Assembly (NCBI RefSeq): GCF_018350175.1
Contig: NC_058368.1
Span: forward strand, 190,404,001-190,468,000
Direction of reading: 5' to 3'
Origin: Felis catus
Taxonomy: Eukaryota
Length of the DNA stretch: 64,000 nucleotides
Shown: positions 10,701 through 19,863 of the stretch, one piece after another
How positions within the stretch are numbered: the first letter of the stretch is position 1
How the letters are laid out: each line of letters begins with the position of its first letter
Notes under the pieces: generated by a model
What the model was told of the DNA's origin: nothing
Seen by the model: the letters and a program-made list of their open reading frames with translations, nothing else
The model's database searches: none
Program-made: the position numbers and the translations under genes

Positions 10701-13700
10701 GCCATAAAAGTTTGTAAGAAAAACAGCTCTGTTTGAGGCAGCTGAACATACTAGAGAATCTGTTGACTTTCTCAATATTGATTTAGCTTCATAATATTTA
10801 GTTTGTGCCTGCAAGTGTGGATGGATTAGTGGATTTGGTTTGGTGAACATGCATGTTTAAAGCAAAGATTGAGAAGAAAAGTGTTGGTTCATATGTCCAT
10901 GTGACCTCCTCAGGGATAGTGTTAATTGAGCCTTATCCTTGTCTTGATGTTTTTCTTAAGAGTTTGAGTTGAGTTGAACAGGAAGGAGATGCACATTGGA
11001 GCAGATCCAACATGGGGATATTTATCTTTACATCCACTCTCTTCCTGTGCTCAATGCTTCTTGTATATACAACTTGCCTAAAAAATTCATGGAATGGTTG
11101 GCTGTAAGGTTGTAGAAATGGAGGTGGGGGGGGGGGGAGAAAGATGCCTGCTAAGACAGAAACTTGGAAAAAGAGTTAAGCCCAAGAGGTCTTTTGCACA
11201 GATCCAAGTTGAATAAAGATTCTGATCACCCAACTTTCTTATATTGTCCTGTTCTTAGTTCTTCAACAGAGCTACATGCTATTTTAGATTTGAACATTAG
11301 AGAGAGGCAGGAAGATAGTTCAGAACATGAAAAAGGGTAAAGTTGAAATGTGGAGATCACTGTGGGGAAGGGAAAACAGAAAGACCAACAAAAGGCAAGA
11401 AAAGCCCAGGTTTGGGAATTCTTGTCCAGCCAGCACTAATAACTTGCTCCAAAATTTGTGGTGCTCTAAGAGGAAGGTATATAAAAATAAAATATTTAAA
11501 ATATTTAATAAAATGCACAAAGAGGGAAGTGATCAATGCTGCATATAAGGTGAAATATCTGATAGAAAAGAAAGGATTGATTTTAGAAAGGAAAGGGAAA
11601 CCTATCCCTGTGCTGGAAAACTCTTAGTGAAACTTTTGGTGTGAAACATAAGATGAGTCAGATAACAGGAAATCAGTCTTAAGAAAGGTGTGACCACAAC
11701 GCAACCACAGAAGGAGCCAGGTCAAGGTCTACCAAGAATGTTGCTTTTAGAGTTGTTAATCATCATCAAGGTTCAGACATTGGACAATATTGTCACCTTG
11801 AAGAGACCTCAAAGAATTAAATATTTTGAGTATGTATTCTGTGCTGATATGTGGATGGATACTGGGACCTTGAATAAGGTCAGGAAATCTAGATGGCATT
11901 GTTGTGAAGGGGAAAGGGCAAATAAGCACAAACCCCCAGGCCCTGTTCCCATGAAAATGAAATGTCATTTGTATGAATAAAAGCTTAATTGGATGTCCTA
12001 CATAAGGTGCTGTTGTAGACTTTGGACATTTAGGGGGATCCTAGGAGTAGAACAAGTGTGGAATAACCCTATGTATTGATGAACTATCCAGATGATTATC
12101 TAGATCAGGTTTGTTCATGATAATGGTATGCCTAGATAGTGGTGCCATCTGTGATTAAATTTCTAAGAGGGGGTTGAAAGGACTGGAAGTGAGTGGGTGA
12201 GAGGCATGCCTTCAGGGACTGGCTGCTTCAGGGAAAGGCTGCGTGAAGGTGCTGTGGGAAGTTGATCGTGATTCCTGATTTTAGTTGTGTTTTTCATTTT
12301 TGTTGGGGGTGGGAATTTTCCTCTACAGATGGAGCACAGTTCTATTCTTTTCATTCCAATAGCTACTTCATCTTCTCCAGTGCAGACAGCAGAAACCCAG
12401 CCTACAGCACCACAGGAGACGAGGACACCACAGCCCACCAGTTCACCATTGTACTCTTGCCCAAAAGGTAGCTTCATTTTTTTCCTGAACACCTGAGAGT
12501 ATTCAAATTTTGATAATCACCGGCACATCGTTAAAAGCATATATTTCGGAGTAAGACAGACCTGACCTGAATGCTGATGCTGGCCACTCTAATCAGCTAT
12601 GTGGTTTGAACAAATGTCTTACCTACTTAGAATCTGTTTTTATCGTTTGTGAACTGGATGGAATACCAATTATCTTGTAGAATGCTGGTGAAGAACCTCA
12701 GACATAGTTAAAAAGTGGTAAGTAATAGATACAATGGCAACTCTGACTCTTACTTAGAATGTCCAGAATCCCTATACCTGACTGGCAGAGGTGGCTTGTG
12801 TGAGTTGGGAAGCATTGACGTGCATATCACTCTTTGTCTTAATCAAATCAACCAGTCTTGACTCCAAACTTATTAGTGGGCTTGCTCCCTTGGGTCAGAG
12901 CCTTAAAACAATTAAATCCAGTTCCCTGGTATCCAGACCAAACTGGTCAACCACGTTTCTGCTTTATCTAAGACCCAGACCCTAAGTGTATCTAGGAAGC
13001 TCCCCTGTCACCCTGTGGAGCTTGTAAATGGATACTTTGAGATTAGCTGAGGACATCAGCACCAGCACCAAGAGGCATATCCTGCTGAGACTGTCTGTTT
13101 ACTTCCCCAACTTTTCCCTACTGTCCCTATTCTGGGCAGGTCTCATACAATCTCTGCTTTTTTGAAATGTAAGATTCTCCTGTCTTCCCTGTGGTAGAGA
13201 AAGGTGATTTGAATCCTTTCATTTTCCCCAGTTAATTCTGTTACCCATGGTGGTAATTCTGGAGAGTGCCACACGCTGAACCCCTTTGTAATGCAGAGCT
13301 GGCTTATGTGTGCTTGTGTATGTGCTGAATCCAAACAAGGTCAAGCCTTGCAAGACTCCTCCCTTATGTGTATGACTCATTGTGCTTAGGAATTAACAAT
13401 CCATAGCTTCCTCCCTGCCCCCCCGCCCCCCCTCCTTTTGGCTTACCTTTTGCCAATAATTCCTGGAAGCTGGTTAATTTAAAATGGAGCTGCAGTGAGA
13501 TTTACAGAAGGAGCTATTCAACTGGGATTAGATAATGGTGACATTTGGTTTTGAAAGTAGAATCCTTAGTGTGAACTGTTTCCGGGCACAAAAACAAAGT
13601 GAAAATATATAGAAACACAAGGTGGCAGCAGTAGGAGTGGCGGCACCCCACGCCTTTAGTGGTTGAGTAGGAAGAACATAGGAGTAGGAAATCATTTTCT

Positions 13701-16700
13701 AAAAATCATGTCACTACAACCTGGTCCAGGTAGAGCTTTCCAGAGTGAAACAGACATCAGAGCTGCTGTGTCCCCTATGAGTCATGTGATTGTTGCCAGG
13801 TTGGCAGTGTACCTGAGGTTCTCGAGCCAAATCCTCATTGTGCCCGAGTCAGCCTGCAGTGGGCCGAAGTCTCACAGAAGCAAAGAATGTTAGGTTTGGA
13901 AGGATTTTGGTGCTCATATGGCCCACCACCCACCTTAGATGGATATATGTGCCAGGAAACTGTTGTATATTATCTCACTTAATTCTTTTAAGGCAGGCCT
14001 TATTTATTGCCATTGCTAGATTAGGGAGGCCCTATAATTCTCCTTTAGAGACAGCTTCCGATTCTTTTTTTTTTTTTTTTTTTAATTTTTTTTTTAACGT
14101 TTATTTATTTTTTGGGACAGAGAGAGACAGAACATGAACGGGGGAGGGGCAGAGAGAGAGGGAGACACAGAATCGGAAACAGGCTCCAGGCTCTGAGCCG
14201 TCAGCCCAGAGCCTGACGCGGGGCTCGAACTCACAGACGACGAGATCGTGACCTGGCTGAAGTCGGACGCTTAACTGACTGCGCCACCCAGGCGCCCCGA
14301 GACAGCTTCCAATTCAACGGCCAGTTATTAGCTTCAGACCTATGGGCAAGATGTTGCATTCCTCACTGGATGTTAATGATGATCGAAAGACATGATGTTT
14401 GGAAAGCATACTGCACAGTGACTCTCTCCCCACCGCTCCTTCTATTGTAACATATTTAATTCGTCACAGCTAATATTTATCTAATATGGTGTTAAGTCCT
14501 TTACATGCATCATCTAATTCAGCAACTTTATGAGATGGGTGCTGCTATAGCTTGTAGTTCTATCTATATTACAAAATAGATATTTCAAAACTCTATTAAG
14601 ATTTGAATGCTCAGAAATTTAGGGAATAATATAAATAAAATCCTTTTATATAGGATTTCAGGTAGTATAAGATACATTAGTTTTATAGCTGATATAACAG
14701 ATTTTTTATAAAATACTTCTGGATCAAAGTATGGGCACATTGGCATATAATGTAGGAGTTATATGCCCCTTGTTTTAGGTATCTTAGTATGTTTTACTCA
14801 CATTCTGAATAAAACCAATGTAATGTCCATTCAGAATAGAGTGGTTCTGATCTTTGGATGTGCATATGGCCTTTGGGTACTCATGGCCTTTTTGCCAGTT
14901 CTTAGCTGGCATAAAAAATATCGATTTCCTACCATTAAGTGGCATTCTTAACTTGCTTCCAAGAATGGGCCTCTGTGATTCCCCTAAAACTGTAGGTGAA
15001 CCTTTGTGTATACATGCATTTTTTTTTCCATAAAGAAGACAAAAAGTGTCCATTTTTGAAGGGTCCATGACAAAATGGTTAAGGCACACAATCTTCCACG
15101 ATAAATTAATACATTTTAGTAACTTGGTATGACTTTTGCAATGTCTGCAGCATTTGGCCATATTATTATTCAACTTTTCATTCACTACCAGAAGGCAACG
15201 TGAATATATTTAGTGTCTGCAGTGAAAATTCAATATTTTTTGTAATTATAATTAATTTTCTTTCTTGTTGAGCAGATGGGAATGGCACTGTGACACAGTC
15301 TTCAGATGGCCTTTGGCATAGCAATCAAACTGTAAGCATATTTCTTCCTACTTCATTAGCCAGTTTCACTTGTGTGCCCCCCTGGAAGCAAGTTGCATTT
15401 AGAGATTATTTCTGTAAGATTGGCCCACAGATTGATTCTTTCTGGTTGAAATTTTTAAAAAAAGGAAGAAAAGAATTTGACTCTTAAATAGGGATACTTT
15501 AATTAATTTGGAAAGTTCATACGGGTGGTGTACCAGTTTGTTAGAATTTGCCTGCTAAATGATATTACATTCTGTGTACGCATACATATACATACAAACG
15601 CCCACCACAGACTTTCTCCTGGCCAAGCATTAAGAAGAAAGAATGGTCTAATTTAAGGAGAGTGACTTAACATAATAGACCAAGGAAGACTTTAATTATC
15701 ATTAGGGAAATAACATGCTTTGAATCAATGGAGTGGAGGCCACCCCAGACAAAAATATATCCGTGAAAGTGTGCTTGCTTAAGCGTATCCTCCTTCATAT
15801 TCTTTTCAAACCCAATTGCCATTCTTTATAGAAATATTGAGGCCACTATTGAGTTTTTCATATATAAACCTCCCCATATGATGAATTTTTAAGGTATTAA
15901 TATCTTATACACATTTGTGATTTTCTTACACTTTTCCACAGTGAGCTTGGGAAAACTCTAAGGGGCCCTAAATACTCCTGATGCTTGTCAAAGTCTCATC
16001 TTTGTAAACAAGTTAGACAAATTTATCAATAGGACCTTTTCTTTTGGTTCCTCTGAGAGAAATAAGTTTTCTTTTAGTATGTGCAAATAACTCTCAGAAA
16101 CAGCAAACAAAAAGAGTTTGAGGTATGAGAATAGTCCTTCTGGTCCCAAGTACTGAGAAATGACAACACAGGCCATGGTAAGAAAAACTCAAGCTCAGGC
16201 ACGGTGGGATTATTTAGTGTGGGGTCAAATGGCTTTGTGTTGTATATGTCAGTGACAATGAGACCATTACATAGGAGTGATATTAACATTTTTAACCACT
16301 TATGTAGCATGGGCACTGATTGACCTGATGGATGTGGGTTGAATTTGTATATACCTGCTAAATGTCAGAACTGCAACTATGTGAATGATTCTTCTATTGG
16401 TATATAGCCAGGCCTATGCTGGATTAGAAAAAAAAGTAAATAAAACATTCTGAATGGTGATATTGTTCTCGACCTCAGTTATCTGTAGGACAGGTATGTT
16501 TAGCCGCAAATGGAAGCAATTTAGAAGCAAGTCACAACAGGCAGTAGTGAAGTCATGGGCTTTTTGTGTCTTGACTCTGAGGATGTTAAGAGGTATCTCA
16601 GGTATCTTGAAAACATGCAGCATGTATTTTGACCCAGTGGGTCATATTCCTGGACTCTATTGTAGGAGAAATTGAACAAATGCATGAAGATGTATGAGAA

Positions 16701-19131
16701 AAGATGTTCATTGCTGCTATTTATAGTCATGAAAATAGTATAAACAACTTAAGTGTTCAATAGTAAGGGATTAATTACTTAGTCAGTTAAGCATGACCAC
16801 ATATTGCCATTAAGAATGTAGTCACTGCAGTGCATTTGCTGACATGGGAAGACAGTGACTGTTTATTGTTAAGTGAAAAAAACAACTGTTAAAACAGCAT
16901 GCACACATGTGGAAATGTAGTAGGATATATTGAATATAGTAATTGTTTCTGTCAAGAAAAACACTAGGAGGATAAAATTCTAGAAGAGCAGATAACGAAA
17001 AATGGTAATAGTGGTTGTTCTTGGATGTTAGGATTATGGTTGGTTTCAGTTTTCTTTTTTCATGCTTCGCCGCACAGTCTAAAATGAACATGCAGTTTTT
17101 ATGTAATATTTTTGAAAATGAAAGCAAAGCCTGCCTCCTGCAGCCCCATGTTACATCTAACTACTTTACTCCCCGTTGGAAAGCTAATAACACAGCTCTT
17201 CCCTCCCAGACACTGGCCATTTCGCCTTTAAGTAAGGATGGCTCAAACACTAAGTATCTTTTCCTATCGTCCTCATAGTATTTATCAGAAAGTACCTAAA
17301 AGTACCTTTCCCAAGAACCCTATTTAATCTGTAGTTGACAGACACAGACACAGAGGTTCAGAGAGGCTAAATAACTTATCCAGGGCCACACAGCAATGAA
17401 GTCGAAGAGCTGGGATCCTGACTCCAGACATTAAACTTTTACACAAGAAGACACTTGATCCTTCTCTCTTATCTTCTTTTCTGTTAAAATACTTACCCTC
17501 TGGGATCTCTTTAGGATTTGAGCCAAGCTATAAAAAGTTGCTGAGCACAATGCCTGGCATATTTCGGGCTTATTCCAGGAGGTGGTGATCCTTTACAAAC
17601 GCGCACTAGGGTGTTTAAACAAATTTCTGCTTCTCTACCCAATTGCACAGCACTTCATGTTGGTTGTTAATGAGGGCCATGTCTCTGAGCACCTACTTTA
17701 AAGTCCATTTATGTAGACTTTCACAGACTCTTGAGTTATAGCTAAAAAAATAAATAAAAATAAAGACTGTAATCAAGGGCCAAATTCAGTCACCGAGCAT
17801 ATGCAGATAACATCACCAAGCCAACTTATACACGAACAAAAATTGCTTTTTCTTTTTTAATATCATGGTGGATATATTTATGGAAATAGCTTACTGGTTT
17901 TTAAAAATATGCATAATGTACATATAATAAAGTACACCCCTTTGAAACATACAGTTTGAGTTTTGACAAATGCATACCCCTATGTAAATACCACCCCATG
18001 CAAGGCATAAAACATTTCTGCCATCCCTAAATATATTTTGAATTTTAAATGGTCTTTGAATTTCACCATATGGTTACAACCTCAGATCACTTGGTCTTAT
18101 CCCTCATGAGCCAGAAATAGCCAAGGGCCAATAAAGAAAATGGGTCAAAAAAAAATTAAAAGTGGATCTAGCCTATGACCTAGCAATAGCACTGCTAGGA
18201 ATTTACCCAAGGGATACAGGAGTATTGATGCATAGGGGCACTTGTACCCCAATGTTTATAGAAGCACTTTCAACAATAGCCAAATTATGGAAAGAGCCTA
18301 AATGTCCATCAATTGATGAATGGATAAAGAAGTTGTGGTTTATATATGCAATGGAATACTACTTGGCAATGAGAAAGAATGAAATATGGCCTTTTGTAGC
18401 AACGTGGATGGAACTGGAGAGTGTTATGCTAAGTGAAATAAGTCATACAGAGAAGGACAGATTCTGTATGTTTTCACTCCTATGTGGATCCTGAGAAACT
18501 TAACAGAAGACCATGGGGGAGGGGAAGGAAAAAAAAAAGGTTGGAGAGGGAGAGAGCCAAACCATAAGAGACTCTTAAAAACTGAGAATAAACTGAGGGT
18601 TGATGGGGGGTGGGAGGGAGGGGAAAGTAGGTGATGGGCATTGAGAAGGGCATCTGTTGGGATGAGCACTGGGTGTTGTATGGAAACCGATTTGACAATA
18701 AATTTCATATTAAAAAAAGAAAAAAAAAGAAAAAGAAAAAGAAAAATGGGTCCAAGTACATTATTTTAGGGAATGTCTTCTACTCGTAACTCTAACAAGA
18801 TGCTTTTCTTATCCACTGATGTCTCCTTAGCATGTGTCGCTGGCACAAAATTCATGGATGACCACCAGTAAGGGACTCTACATTGGAATCAGCATTACTA
18901 CTGTGGTATTGCTCACTGTGTTGGTTGTCGTGATTACCAAAAGTAAGTCATTTCAGAATTATGCCTAAGGGAACACAGTGCAAGTTTTCTAGAGCCAAAC
19001 TGCCTGAGTTCGAGTAGCTCCACACACTACGTGATTGTGATTTCACATTTTCACATAAATTTCTGTTTCGTTTCGTTTCGTTTCTCTTCTTTTCTTCTCT
19101 TTTCTTTTCTTTTCTTTTCTTTCTTTCCTTT

Positions 19132-19182
<51 letters not shown>

Positions 19183-19823
19183 CTTTCTTTCTTTCCTTCC
19201 TTCCTTCCTTCCTTCCTTCCTTCCTTCCTTCCTTCCTTCCTTCTTTCCTTCCTTCCTTCCTTCCTTCCTTCCTTCCTTCCTTCCTTCCTTCCTTCTTAGA
19301 GAAGGAGAGAGAGAGAGGATGTGAGTGGGGGGAGAGGGACAGAGGCAGACAGAGAGAATCTTAAGCAGGCTCAATGCTCAGTGCGGAGCCCCATGTGCAG
19401 GCTTCACAGGGCTCAATCCCATGAGCTTGGGATCATGACCTGAGCTGAAATCAAGAGTCAGATGCCCAACCCACAGAGCCACCCAGATGCCCCTAAATGT
19501 CTGTTTTCTGAACTGTTCTTAAAAAAAAAATATTGGCCTATAAAGATGCAAATTAAATTCTCCAAAGGTGAAATTAAATCTTAAGAAATGGGAATTTTGG
19601 GGGCAGGCTTGGAATTTGGAAAGCAACAAACCATTGTAATATATACAACTTGTTCACTCCTTTTCCATTCCCCCCAGGAATCAGTTTTTGTCCTCATGAG
19701 TGATGACATTGTTGAATTTTACAACACCAATTTAACAGGAAAGGCAAATGAAACATTGGGAGGGAAACTGATTTCAGGACTAGAAGAAAGAATTTCAAAA
19801 GGCAGTCATCCAGTTGTTGTGTA

Positions 19824-19863
<40 letters not shown>

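Noticed and set aside
12321..12362. Upstream acceptor CTCTACAG at 12328 for mucin exon B
   Set aside because: It would add 34 nt and shift the frame; the 12363 site keeps the TIM-1 reading frame.
19031..19374. F/L/S/P-rich and K/E/R/G-rich ORFs
   Set aside because: They are translations of the (TTTC)n(TTCC)n microsatellite.
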